DNA of 64,000 bases from Candidatus Latescibacterota bacterium (GTDB lineage: Bacteria; Latescibacterota; UBA2968; UBA8231), in NCBI GenBank assembly GCA_965248355.1, contig OZ252098.1:4320001-4384000 (forward strand), in the 5' to 3' direction. The notes below the pieces were generated by a model. That model was not told where the DNA came from. It did not search any database and saw only the letters and a list, made by a program, of their open reading frames with translations. Position 1 is the stretch's first letter. Each line of letters begins with the position of its first letter. A program made the translations under genes and the position numbers. Positions 18,955 to 29,700 of the stretch are shown in pieces.

Positions 18955-18989
18955 CCGTCGGTCACCGAAACCAGACAACCCTCCGATGG

Positions 18990-19030
18990 AGAAGAGGAGC
19001 TCCCGACCCCGGGGGCTCCTCTTCTTGTTT
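18990..19030 (+). terminator. Intrinsic terminator after the SWIB gene
   Basis: 16-bp stem AGAAGAGGAGCTCCCG / CGGGGGCTCCTCTTCT (one G-U pair), 4-nt loop, followed by TGTTT. Confidence 0.8.
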
Positions 19031-19093
19031 CCATCGCGATCGATCGGCAGTCCCATGGGGGCATCCGCTTCCCTTCCCCCGTATATTCATCCC

Positions 19094-20203
19094 ATGGCCT
19101 CGATGAACACACCCGCCCTCGTCGCCCTCGCCGACGGGACGACCTTTGCCGGCACCGGGGTCGGCGCCGGGGGCGAGGTCTTCGGCGAGATGGTCTTCAA
19201 CACGAGCATGACCGGGTACCAGGAGATCCTCACAGATCCCTCGTACGCCGGCCAGATGGTGTGCATGACCTATCCTCACATCGGCAACTACGGAGTCAAC
19301 CCCGAGGATGACGAGTCGGCGCGCCCCCACGTGCGCGCCTTCCTGATGAAGGCCTGCTGCCGGCAGCCCTCCAACTACCGCGCTACCGCCAGCCTCGTCG
19401 AGTACCTGCAGGAGCATGGCGTCGTCGGCGTGGAGGGCATCGATACGCGGGAGTTGACCCGCCGCGTGCGGATCCACGGCGCCATGAACGCGGCGGTGAG
19501 CACTCGCGACCTCGACCCGGCAAGCCTTACGGCCAAGGCGCGGGACTGGGAGGGTCTCCTCGGTGTCGACCTGGTGCGGGGCGTGACCTGCGCCGCGCCG
19601 CACGACTGCGAGCCGGACGGTCCGGCGCGGTTCCACGTGGTGGCCTTCGACTACGGCATCAAGCGGAGCATCATCGCCCGGCTTCTGGCCGAGGGTTGCC
19701 GGGTCACCGTGGTGCCCGCCACGACCACCGCCGACGAGGCCCTGGCCTTGGAGCCGGACGGCATCTTCCTGTCAAACGGTCCCGGAGATCCCCGCCCCCT
19801 GCACTACGCTATCGACACCGTCCGCGACCTCGTGGCGCGCGGCGACCGCCCCGTCTTCGGCATCTGCCTGGGACACGAGATCCTCGGGCTCGCCCTGGGC
19901 GCCGAGATCTACAAGCTCAAGTTCGGCCACCGCGGGGCCAACCAGCCCATCCAGGAGGTCGACAGCGGCCGCATCCTCATCACCTCCGAGAACCACGGAT
20001 GGGGCATCCGCGGCGACAGCCTCCCCGACGGCCTGGAGGTCACGCGCCGCAACCTCAACGACGGCTGCGTCGAAGGCATGCACCACCGCGAACTGCCCGT
20101 GTTCTCCATCCAGTGCCACCCGGAAGCCTCTCCGGGCCCGCACGACAGCTACCACCTCTTCGCCTACTTCACCGAGCTGATGTCCCAACGCCGCGCGGCC
20201 TGA
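19094..20203 (+). CDS. carA: Carbamoyl-phosphate synthase small subunit
   Basis: FNTSMTGYQEILTDPSY, SNGPGDP, FGICLGH, FGHRGAN and HPEASPGPHD motifs. Start 19094 or 19103. Confidence 0.97.
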   Translation: MASMNTPALVALADGTTFAGTGVGAGGEVFGEMVFNTSMTGYQEILTDPSYAGQMVCMTYPHIGNYGVNPEDDESARPHVRAFLMKACCRQPSNYRATASLVEYLQEHGVVGVEGIDTRELTRRVRIHGAMNAAVSTRDLDPASLTAKARDWEGLLGVDLVRGVTCAAPHDCEPDGPARFHVVAFDYGIKRSIIARLLAEGCRVTVVPATTTADEALALEPDGIFLSNGPGDPRPLHYAIDTVRDLVARGDRPVFGICLGHEILGLALGAEIYKLKFGHRGANQPIQEVDSGRILITSENHGWGIRGDSLPDGLEVTRRNLNDGCVEGMHHRELPVFSIQCHPEASPGPHDSYHLFAYFTELMSQRRAA

Positions 20204-20273
20204 TCGGGTCCGGGGCGGTTCGGGAAAGCCGCCGCCCGAAGGCCGCCGCGCTGCCCACCGAAGGAGTCCGTCC

Positions 20274-21320
20274 ATGCCCATCGTCCGGGAAGAAGCCCTG
20301 CGCCCCCTCGCCTTCGAGATCTTCGCCGCCACCGGGATTCCGGAGGAGGACGCCCGCATCGTCGCCGATCATCTCGTCAACAGTCATCTCGCGGGACACG
20401 ACTCGCACGGCACCTGGTTCGTGCCTGCGTACGCCCGCCAGATGCGGAGCCGCTACGCGCCCTGGGATGAACGCGAGGTGATACGCGACACCCCCTGCCT
20501 GACGATCATCGACGGCCGGGGGGCCAACGGCATCGTCGCCGTCACGCGCGCCGTCGACCTGGCGGTGGAGAAGGCCCGCACCGCCACCTTCGGGTTCATC
20601 GGCCTCAACTCGGTCACCCACATCGGCCGGCTCGGCGACTATCCGCCGCGCATCGCGGAGCAGGGCATGATCGGCATGGTGTGGCTCAACGGCGGCGGGC
20701 TGTTCCTGGCTCCCCACGGCAGCGCCGACCGCCGCCTGCGGCCCGAGCCCGTGGCCTTCTCGGCGCCGCGCCGCGACGGGGCGCCCTTCATGCTGGACAT
20801 GACCATGACCGTCGTGGCCGGCGGCAAGATCGAGCAGAAGGTCGTGCGCGGCGAGCCCCTGCCCGACGGGTGGGTGATCGACCAGGACGGCGAGTACGTC
20901 TCCGACGGCGGGCTCTACAAGAGCGACCCTGCCGGCAACGCCGTCCTGCCCCTCGGGGGCCTGCAGTTCGGCCACAAGGGGCACGGCCTGGCGATGATGG
21001 TGGAGATGCTGGTGGGACCCCTGTCCCACGCGGGGTGCACCAAGCAGGACGGCCAGGGCGGCAACGGCGTGATGGTCCTGGCCATCGACATCTCGGCCTT
21101 CACCACCCTCGACGACTACGTGGAGGAGGTCGAGGCCCTCGCCGCCTGGGTGCGCTCGGCACGCCCCCTGCCCGGCTTCTCGCAGGTCTACACCCCCGGC
21201 GAGATCGAGGAGGAGACCCGCATCCGCCGCCGCGCCGAAGGCTTCGAGATCCCCGATGCGACCTGGGTGGAGATCGCCGAGGTCGCCGGGGAGCTGGGTG
21301 TGGAGATGCCGGTCCTCTGA
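20274..21320 (+). CDS. Ldh_2 family (malate/L-lactate/ureidoglycolate-type) oxidoreductase
   Basis: GHDSHG, THIGRLG, LLPLGG-like VLPLGG..GHKGHGL and TPGE motifs. Confidence 0.9.
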   Translation: MPIVREEALRPLAFEIFAATGIPEEDARIVADHLVNSHLAGHDSHGTWFVPAYARQMRSRYAPWDEREVIRDTPCLTIIDGRGANGIVAVTRAVDLAVEKARTATFGFIGLNSVTHIGRLGDYPPRIAEQGMIGMVWLNGGGLFLAPHGSADRRLRPEPVAFSAPRRDGAPFMLDMTMTVVAGGKIEQKVVRGEPLPDGWVIDQDGEYVSDGGLYKSDPAGNAVLPLGGLQFGHKGHGLAMMVEMLVGPLSHAGCTKQDGQGGNGVMVLAIDISAFTTLDDYVEEVEALAAWVRSARPLPGFSQVYTPGEIEEETRIRRRAEGFEIPDATWVEIAEVAGELGVEMPVL

Positions 21321-21326
21321 GGGGTC

Positions 21327-24017
21327 CTACATCGACACGCCGAGCAGGCCCCGGGTGATCTGGAAGTCGGTGACACCGCGCTCCCAGAGCCGGGGGCGGC
21401 GCCGCCTCGCCGCCACCTGCAGCACGAGCTCCAGCAACGCCTCGGCCCACGGGGCTTCCCCTCCCTCCAGGGCGCCGTCGAGATCCTCGCGGAACCGGGT
21501 GATCACGGCCTCGGCGGCGCTCACCTGCAGCATGGGAACCATCGGGTGGCCCTGCACGGGGTGCTCCCCCGCGTGGGCGAGGAGGATCTCCACGCCCGTG
21601 GCGCCCAGCCCCGAGAGAGACTCCGTCCAATGCTCGGTGGGCGCCTCCATGACGTGCAGCCCGGAGCGCACGGGCCTCTGGCCGTGGGCGAGGGTGGGCG
21701 CCGGCGGTCCGGTCAGACCGAGGGCGGCGGTGTAGGCGGGACAGCCGGCGAGGCCGTCCGCCTCCGGCACGACCACGGTGCCGCCGGCGTCGGTGATCCA
21801 GCCGGTGAGCTGGGCGAAGGCCTGGGCGGCGCCGTCGGGGATCGGGCCCGCGGCCAGCAGGCCCAGCCGCAGGTTCGCGAGACCGGCCTCCCTCGGCCGG
21901 GGCGCCGCCATCCCTTCCAGCCGCTGGGCGAACCACTCCTCGACGCGCTCCAGCACCCGCTCGATGCCGCCGTCCAGCTGGACGCTGGCGAACCCGTAAC
22001 GGGCACCGTCCATTCCCGCCTCGTCGAGGGCGGCGCGCATGTAGTCGTTGTGGGTCTTCTCGCAGCCGTGCTCCAGCAACAGGGCGAGGGCCACGGACGG
22101 GTGGGTGAGGTACCCGAGCAAGGTGCGGCGGTAGATCTCCTCGTTGGGTCCGTCCGAGGCGCCGCAGCCCTCGGTGTGCACCAGCGCGGCGAAGCGGGAG
22201 AGGCCCGCCGTCTGTCCCAGCCCGGACGCATTCAGGCGTTCGGCGGCCATGCGCGCCACCTGGCCCGAGCACAGACTCGTGGGCAGGACGAGACCCAGGC
22301 GGTCGACGGCAAGGCCGTCCCCGGTGGCCAGCGCTTCGAAGGAGGCCGGCGGCGCCGCGGTGCCGCGGACAGCCAGCGGTCCCCCGGCGGGCACCGGGGC
22401 CGACTGCAGTTCCGCCAGCCGGCCGGCGTCGGCCTGGGGCCAGTCGCGCCAGATCGACACCTGGGAGTGGCCGGCCTGCTCTCCCTTGGAGCGGCGTCCG
22501 CAGGCGACCTCGAGGGTGAGATCGAAGAGGGCCCGCCCCAGCGCATCCATGGAAGTGCCGTCCTGGTAGGCGCCGGCGTTGACATCCATGTCCTCTTCGA
22601 GCAGCTCGAAACGCGGCGTGGTGGTGACGATCTTCACCGTCGGCACGAAGGGGAAGTTGGTGATCGAGCCGTTGCCGGTGACGAAGTAGATCAGGTTGCA
22701 TCCGGAGGCCACCTGCCCGGCGATCGACTCCAGGTCGTTGCCCGGCGAGTCCATGAAGTAGAAGCCGCCGCCGGGGATCGGCTCCGAGTACTCGAGGCAG
22801 CCCTCGAGAGGCACCTCGGGATGGCGCTTCATGGCCGCGCCGATCGACTTCAGCACGATGTTGTAGAGTCCGCGGTACTTGTTGCCGCCCGATGGATTGC
22901 CTTCGGCCGACTGGCCGTGCCAGGCGACGCGCTCCTTGAAGCGGCGCACCATCTCCAGGAAGCGCTGGGCCGTGGCCGTATCGCGTACCTGGTCCAGCAC
23001 GTAGGGCTCCGCCCCGATGAGCTCGTCCGTCTCGGCCAGGTTCGCGGCCCCCCCGGCGCGGATCAGCTCGCGCGCCGCCCAGGCCGCCAGGGGATTGCCG
23101 GAGACGCCGGAGAAGGCGTCGGAGCCGCCGCACTGCAGGGCCAGCCGCAGCCGGGAGGCCGGCAGCTCGACCCGCCGGTCCTGAGACAGGGCCTCGGCCC
23201 AGCCCCGCGCCAGCCGCTCCCCTTCGTCGAGGAAGCGGTCGAAGCCGCCTTCGAGGGAGAGGAACCGGTGCGGCATCTCGTGGATGGGGCGGTCCTCGCT
23301 GCGCAGGTATCCGGCCAGCAACTGGTTGGGCACCGCCTCGGTGCCGTAGTCCACGGCGAGCAGGGCTCCCACGTTGGGGTGGACGGCGAAGCCGGCCAGG
23401 GTGCGCAACAGCAGCTCGCGGTTGTTTGGCGCCTGCGCGCTGCCGCCCTCGGTATGCGCCACGGCGACCACGCCGTCGAATCCTCCGGAGGCGGGCGTTC
23501 CCGCGAGGCGCTGCGCGAGCAGGCGCGCATAGGCTGCGGTGCGCGAGGTCGTGCCCAGGACGACGACGTAGTTGCGCGTCCCCGCGCCGCGGGTCCCCCG
23601 GTCGAAGCCCCGGAAGGTCGGCGGATCGGGGTTCGGGGGCAGAGCCCCGGCGGGCTCGAAGGTGGCCTCGTCGAGGATGTAGGGGGTGATCCGGTCCTCG
23701 AAGTTGGGCTTCGTGGGCAGCTCGAAGTCGATGCGGCGGCCCTCCAGGGCCTCGAGCATCCCGGCGTTGCACACGTAGTCGCCGGGAGCGATGGCGCGCG
23801 AGGCGGCGCCGAAGGGCAGGCCCCAGGACAGCAGCTCCCGCCCCTCCGGGATCGGCGCCACGGCGAAGCGGTGGCCCTCCATGACCGTGTGGGAGAGGGT
23901 GATTTCCCCCTCCGGGGTGCGCACCCTGGTGCCGGCTTCGAGGCGCCGCGTGGCGATGCCCACGTTGTCGCCCGGGGCGGGAAGGCGGGCGACCTGGGCG
24001 AACTCGAAGGTACTCAC
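21327..24017 (-). CDS. UxaA/GarD family sugar-acid dehydratase with SAF domain and duplicated C-terminal region (896 aa)
   Basis: DNVGIA/GHRFA (SAF), GTRNYVV, HTEGG, LQCGGSDAFSG, NPSGGN, EGCGA, EHGCEK. GTG start overlaps the aroC TGA. Confidence 0.88.
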   Translation of the reverse strand: MSTFEFAQVARLPAPGDNVGIATRRLEAGTRVRTPEGEITLSHTVMEGHRFAVAPIPEGRELLSWGLPFGAASRAIAPGDYVCNAGMLEALEGRRIDFELPTKPNFEDRITPYILDEATFEPAGALPPNPDPPTFRGFDRGTRGAGTRNYVVVLGTTSRTAAYARLLAQRLAGTPASGGFDGVVAVAHTEGGSAQAPNNRELLLRTLAGFAVHPNVGALLAVDYGTEAVPNQLLAGYLRSEDRPIHEMPHRFLSLEGGFDRFLDEGERLARGWAEALSQDRRVELPASRLRLALQCGGSDAFSGVSGNPLAAWAARELIRAGGAANLAETDELIGAEPYVLDQVRDTATAQRFLEMVRRFKERVAWHGQSAEGNPSGGNKYRGLYNIVLKSIGAAMKRHPEVPLEGCLEYSEPIPGGGFYFMDSPGNDLESIAGQVASGCNLIYFVTGNGSITNFPFVPTVKIVTTTPRFELLEEDMDVNAGAYQDGTSMDALGRALFDLTLEVACGRRSKGEQAGHSQVSIWRDWPQADAGRLAELQSAPVPAGGPLAVRGTAAPPASFEALATGDGLAVDRLGLVLPTSLCSGQVARMAAERLNASGLGQTAGLSRFAALVHTEGCGASDGPNEEIYRRTLLGYLTHPSVALALLLEHGCEKTHNDYMRAALDEAGMDGARYGFASVQLDGGIERVLERVEEWFAQRLEGMAAPRPREAGLANLRLGLLAAGPIPDGAAQAFAQLTGWITDAGGTVVVPEADGLAGCPAYTAALGLTGPPAPTLAHGQRPVRSGLHVMEAPTEHWTESLSGLGATGVEILLAHAGEHPVQGHPMVPMLQVSAAEAVITRFREDLDGALEGGEAPWAEALLELVLQVAARRRRPRLWERGVTDFQITRGLLGVSM

Positions 24018-25258
24018 GGGCGCCGGCCGTCGAAGAGGCGGAAGTTGTCCTCGTCGATCCGCGACGCCTGGTGGGCGAGCACGGCATCGGCCACCTCGAT
24101 GGCCATCCTCGACTCGAGGGTGACCCCGGCGCGCACCCCCACGCACGGATCGTGGCGCCCCTTGCGAAGCACGAAGTCGATCTCCCGCAGGTCCTTGCGC
24201 ACCGAAGCCTGGGGCCGCGCGATGGTCGCCGTGGGCTTGAAGCCGACCCGGAAGACCAGGGGGCTGCCGGTGGTGATCCCGCCGATGAGGCCGCCGTGAT
24301 GGTTCGTCTGGTAGCCGTCCGACCGGATGGGATCGTTGTTGCCGCTGCCCCGGCGTTCCACCACCTCACGTCCCGAGCCCATCTCGCACGACTGGACGGC
24401 GTGCAGTCCGCCCAGAGAGCCCATGAGGCGCAGCTTCAGACTGTCGTAGAGGGGCTCTCCGATGAGGGGGGGCACGTTGACGGCCACGACTTCCAGGGCG
24501 GCGCCCACCGAGTCGCCCTCCTTGCGGGCGGCCTCGATCAGGCGCGCGGCCTCGGCGGCGAAGCCGGCGTCGAAGGCGCGCAGCTCCGGCTCCTCGAGAC
24601 GCGCCTCCAGGGCCGTCACCTCGTCCGCGGTGAGGCGGCCGTCTCCGACCGCGTCGGACAACCGCTCGCCGCTCTCGATCCCGCCTACCTGGCAGATGGA
24701 GCTGAAGAAGGCGCTTCCGAAGCGCTCGGCGAGGAGCCGCCCCGCCACCGCGCCGCCGATGACGTCGGAGATCGTCGACCGGTAGCTGGACCGGCCGCCG
24801 CCGCGGGGATCGGCGTGGCCCCGGGACTTGTGGTGCTTCACGAGGTCGGTGTGGCCCGGCCGCACGTCTCCCGCCGGGCCGAGGAACTGGGCGTAGTCGG
24901 CGGAGCGCTTGGCCGCCGACAGGACGATGGCGGCGATCGGCTCGCCCGTGGTGACGCCGCGCTCGTATCCCGGGGTGCGGATCTCCTCGTCGCCGACGCG
25001 GGTGGCCACCTCGGCGCCGCCGAGCAGGGCCTCGTGATCCTCGTCGTAGAGGCCGGACAGCAGCACGACCTTGTCCCCCTCGCGCCGGGGCGTGCCGAGC
25101 TTGTTGCTGCCCGGCCGCCGGCGATCGAGCAGGCGCTGGATTCCGGCGCGGCACAGGGGGATGCCCGCCGGACACCCGAAGACGATGGTGGTGATGCCGG
25201 GTCCGTGAGACTCGCCGGCGCCGGCGACGGCGAACTGTGCTCCCCCGAGGATTTCCAC
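24014..25258 (-). CDS. aroC: Chorismate synthase (divergent)
   Basis: GESHG, RRRPG, RPGHTD, RGGGRSS, GGLIGGITTG, FKPT and RHDPCV motifs. Confidence 0.92.
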   Translation of the reverse strand: MEILGGAQFAVAGAGESHGPGITTIVFGCPAGIPLCRAGIQRLLDRRRPGSNKLGTPRREGDKVVLLSGLYDEDHEALLGGAEVATRVGDEEIRTPGYERGVTTGEPIAAIVLSAAKRSADYAQFLGPAGDVRPGHTDLVKHHKSRGHADPRGGGRSSYRSTISDVIGGAVAGRLLAERFGSAFFSSICQVGGIESGERLSDAVGDGRLTADEVTALEARLEEPELRAFDAGFAAEAARLIEAARKEGDSVGAALEVVAVNVPPLIGEPLYDSLKLRLMGSLGGLHAVQSCEMGSGREVVERRGSGNNDPIRSDGYQTNHHGGLIGGITTGSPLVFRVGFKPTATIARPQASVRKDLREIDFVLRKGRHDPCVGVRAGVTLESRMAIEVADAVLAHQASRIDEDNFRLFDGRRP

Positions 25259-25414
25259 TTGTCTGCTCTCAACGACGGTGGTGGTCGGCGCGCAACGGCT
25301 GCGCGCCCCCGTCAATCTATCCCCAAGAGCCCTCCCTGGCAATGAGGAGGATTTGCGTAAGTTCCGTTTCTATCAATGGGTTACAAGGCCTCGGGCGGGA
25401 CTGGCGCCGCCGGT

Positions 25415-26791
25415 TCAGGGCACGGACTCTCCCGTGAGCCTCTCCAGGTCGGCCTTGGCCAGGGCCAGGTCGTAGCGCGTGTTGACGCGGTTGTTGCGCG
25501 CCGAGGTGAGACCGACCTGGGCGTCCAGCACCTCCAGGAGCCGGCCCTTGCCCACCCGGTAGCGCTCTTCGGCGAGGCGCAGGTCCTCGGTGGCCAGCTC
25601 GGTCGTGCGCCGGGCGATCCGCAGGATGCGCCCGAGGCGCACGAGCTCCAGGTAGGTCGTCTCCACGGAGAGGGCCAGGTCGCGCTCCTGCTGCTCCAGG
25701 CTCAGGCGCGCCGACTCCAGGCTGGAGCGGGCCCGGTCCACGTCGGCGCTGCGCAGGCCGCCGTCGAAGAGCTGGTAGGTCAGGCTGAGGCTCCCGTTGA
25801 GACGGTAGTTCTGATCCAGGTCCCCGTAGACCCGTTCGAGGATCTCGTTGTTGCGGCTGTAGCTGAGGTTGCCCGACAGCCGCGGATGCCAGGCCGCCCG
25901 CCGGGCCTTGAGGTTCATCTCCGCCGCCGACCGGGTCCGCCGAACCCGCTCGATCCCCGGGTTGGACTTCCTGGCCCGGGCTTCGAGCTCACCCATGGCC
26001 GCGGGCTCCGCCGTCTCCGGAGGCAGGGCCGATTCCCCGGCCAGGGCCACGGTCTCCAGCGGCGCCCCGAGCCCCCGCCCCAGAACGTGGTTCAGCGAGG
26101 CCCGCGCCAGCTGCACCTGCTGCTCGGCGTTGATCAGGTCGGCCCGGGCGTTGTCGGCCGCCACCTGCAGGCGCAGCACGTCGACCCGGGTGCCGGCCCC
26201 CACCTCGAGGCGGATCTCGGCCTCCTCCTGCCGTTTCAGGCTCAGCTCGAGGGCCTCCCCCTGCACCTCCACGAGCTCCTGCGCCTTGAGCAGGGCATAG
26301 TAGCGCTGCTTCACCTGGAAGACGACGCCGGCCCGGCCGGAGCGCAGGCCGAGCTCGGAGGCGGTCAGCGACTCCCGGGCCCCGCGGTGCGACCAGCGCC
26401 GGGCGCCGCCGTCATAGAGGGTGTGGCCGACCCCCGCGCTGACGGAGTAGGAGTTGCGGTCGATGCCCGGGATCCGCGTCCGCTCCTCGGCGAAGAGGCG
26501 CTCCCCCGTCTCCGGGTCGATCTCCCCCGTGGGGTTCTCCTGGATGCGCAGGGACGGCCCGGTGCGCGAGCGCCCGAGATTCATCAGGGTCGTGCTCAGC
26601 GACGGCAGGCGCTGGGCCCTCGCGGAGGCGACGTCGGCCTGCGAGCGCAGGACCTGCTGCTCGGCCTGCAGGACCTGGGTGTTGTTGTCCAGGGCGCGGT
26701 CGATGCACTGCTGGAGGGAGAGCCTCTCGGCGGGCAGCGCCGTGGCCGCGGCGAGGAGCAGGGCGGCGGCTGCGGGCGGGATTCGGTTCAT
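25415..26791 (-). CDS. TolC family outer membrane efflux protein
   Basis: Signal peptide, LSLQQCIDRALDNN, LYDGG/LFDGG repeats, RYRVG...LEVLDAQ and LERLTG. Confidence 0.92.
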   Translation of the reverse strand: MNRIPPAAAALLLAAATALPAERLSLQQCIDRALDNNTQVLQAEQQVLRSQADVASARAQRLPSLSTTLMNLGRSRTGPSLRIQENPTGEIDPETGERLFAEERTRIPGIDRNSYSVSAGVGHTLYDGGARRWSHRGARESLTASELGLRSGRAGVVFQVKQRYYALLKAQELVEVQGEALELSLKRQEEAEIRLEVGAGTRVDVLRLQVAADNARADLINAEQQVQLARASLNHVLGRGLGAPLETVALAGESALPPETAEPAAMGELEARARKSNPGIERVRRTRSAAEMNLKARRAAWHPRLSGNLSYSRNNEILERVYGDLDQNYRLNGSLSLTYQLFDGGLRSADVDRARSSLESARLSLEQQERDLALSVETTYLELVRLGRILRIARRTTELATEDLRLAEERYRVGKGRLLEVLDAQVGLTSARNNRVNTRYDLALAKADLERLTGESVP

Positions 26792-29700
26792 GGATTGCGT
26801 GGCTCCGGGGTGAGGTTGGAGGAGCGCGCGACGCGGCGCGCCCAGAGGCTCAGGTCGTCGAGCAGCGAGTAGAGGGTGGGCGCCAGCAGCAGGGTCAGCA
26901 GGGTCGAGGTGGCCAACCCGCTGACCACCACCAGGCCGATGGGCCCCCAGCGCCTGGAGAAGCCCTCCGCCGTGCCGTAGACCATGGGCAGCACGAGGGG
27001 CATGAGGTTGAGGATCGTCGTGCCCGCCGTCATCAGGATCGGCCGCATCCGGTTCTGCCCGCCCCGCAGGATCGCCGCCCGCCGGGGCATCCCCTCGCGG
27101 CGGTACTGGTTGACGTGGTCGATGAGGACGATGCCGTTGTTGACGACGATGCCGAAGAGGATCAGCAGGCCGAGCATGGCGTTGGGGTCGAAGGCGACGT
27201 CGAGGCCCCACAGGGCGGCGGAGACGCCGATCATCGAGAAGGGGATGGCGAACATGATGGTGAAGGGGTGGACCAGGGACTCGAAGAGGGAGGCCATGAT
27301 CAGGTAGATCAGGAGGACGGCGAAGAGCAGGGTGAAGAGGTTGCTCTCCGTGTCCTGCGCCTCCCAGCGGGCGGCGCGGCCGAGCTGCCAGGAGTACCCC
27401 GGCGGCAGGGCCATCTCAGCCATCATCGCCTGCACCTGCGGGTTGAGCTCGGACGCCAACTGGCGGCTGGCGGTGTTGGCGAAGACGTTCAGCGTCTGCT
27501 GGCGGTCCTCCCGCTGCAGGCTCCGCGGGGCTTCGGCGTGGGTGAAGTCGGCCAGGGCGGCCAGCTGCACCGGCGTCCCGTCGCGGCCCTCGAAGGCCGT
27601 GTTCTTCAACTGCTCGAGGTTGGCGCGGTCCGCCTCTTCCAACTGCAGGACCACGCCGATCTCGCGCTCCGGCGCCTTGAAGCTGGTCGTGCGCCGCGTC
27701 CCCAGGGCCGTGGAGATGGTGGAGGCCACCTCCCGCGGCGACAGGCCGTAGCCGAGGGCCTGCTCGCGGTCGACGGAGACCTGGATCTCCTCCTCCCCCT
27801 CCTGCAGGTCGGTGTCAACGCTGGTGACGCCGGGCAGTTGGGCGAGCCTCGCCTGCACGTCCTCGGCCAGTACCGCCAGCACCGCCGGGTCGATCCCCTT
27901 CAGCTGCACCTCGACGCCGAGGAGGTTGCCTGCCCAGCTGCGCGTCCTCCCCATCTTGTAGGTGACGCCCACCACCTCCGGCAGCCGCCCGCGGATCGCC
28001 TGCTGCGCCTCCATCGTCGTCAGCCGCCCCTCGTCGGCGTCGACGAGCCGCGCCCGGAGGCGGCTGTTGCGCTGCCGGATCCGCGTCGACAGGGTCTCCA
28101 GGTCCAGCTCTCCGGCGTGGGCCAGCAGGTCCTGCTCGATGCGGCCCATGAGGGCGTCCACCTCCTCGAGGCTGAAGCTGCGCTCGGTCTCCACGGTGAT
28201 GTCGACGCGGCGCTCGGAGGGCCAGCGCATGCCCTGCTGCTCCATGCTGAGGAACATCCACACGCCGCCCCCCATCATGGCCAGGGCCACGGCCAGGGTC
28301 ACCGCCCGGTGATCGAGGGTCCAGTCCAGCAGCCGTACGTAGGAGGCGCGCATGCCGTGGCGCCGGAAGTGCCGCAAGAGGGCGGCCAGCGCCAGCAGGA
28401 CGGCGCCGAGGACCGCCGCCGTGGTCCACTCCATGTCGAGGGTGGTCTGCAGGACCCGGGCGCCCGTGGTCCGCCCCCAGCCCGCCAGGCCCTCCCAGCC
28501 GATGGTCCCGGCCTTCCACCCGAGGCCTGCCAGCAGGATGGCGGCGACGGCGATCTTGAGCCGCCGGTCGTGGCGGGCGGCCCCCGGCCGGAACAGCCGC
28601 GACGCGGCCAGGGGGATGACGGCCAGCGACACGATGGTGGAGACGCCCACGGCCAGACAGATGGTCAGGCCCGCGTCGCCCATGAAGCGCACGATGCGGG
28701 AGGAACCGGAGCCGAGGAAGAAGAAGGGGATGAAGACGCACATCGTGGTCAGCGCCGAGGCCAGGACGGCCATGCCCACCTCGCCGGTGCCGGATACGGC
28801 CGCCTCCACGGGCCCGGCGCCTTCCTCCTCGCGCCGCCGGAAGATCGACTCGAGGGTGACCACCGCCGGGTCGACGAGCATGCCCACGGCCAGCATGAGC
28901 CCCACCATGGAGACCATGTTCAGGGTGATGGCCGAGTCGAAGAGCTCGCGGGCCACGTAGATCCCGGTGAAGACGCAGCAGACCGAGGCGGGGATGGCGA
29001 TGGCGATGGCGATGGTGCTGCGGATGCTGCGCAGGAAGAGGAAGATGATGACCACCGCCAGCAGGCTGCCCAGCAGGGCCGTGTCCTTGAGCTTGGTCAG
29101 CTCCGCCAGGATCTGGTCCGCCCGGTCGCGGGTGATGTTGATGTCGAGCAGGTCCCCGTACCCGTCGACGATGCTCTCGAGGGCGGCGCGCACCTCCAGG
29201 GCGACGTCCACGGTGTTGTCCGTGGCGACCTTGTAGATCTCCACCTCCACGGCCTCCCGGCCGTTGAGGCGTTCGAAGGACCTGCGCTCCGGGTACTCGT
29301 AGCGCACCTCGCCGAGGTCGCTCAGGCGCAGGTTCCGTCCGGCCAGGGGCAGGTCGCCGATCTCGGCGGCCTCCCGGAACTCGCCCCGGACCCGGGCCAG
29401 GTAGCGGCGCCCGGCCTGATCGACGCGCCCCAGGGAGACGTCGAGGTTGCCGGCCCGCAGCTGGCCGGCGAGGAAGGGAAGGGAGACGTCGTGGGCCTGC
29501 AGGCGCTGCTGGTCCAGCTCGATGATCAGCTGCTTCTCCTGGAGGCCGTCGACTTCGACGTTGGCGACGCCGTCGATGCGCAGCACCCGCGGCTCGACGA
29601 CATCCCGCACGATGTCGAAGAGGCGGTCGTCGTCGCCCTTCCAGGCCAGGTCGGCCTCGATGACCGGATAGGCCTCGTTGTTCCAGCGGAAGAGGGAGAC

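Noticed and set aside
20212..20240. GC hairpins after carA and after the HTH gene (62765-62795)
   Set aside because: Short stems without U-tracts are expected by chance at this GC content.
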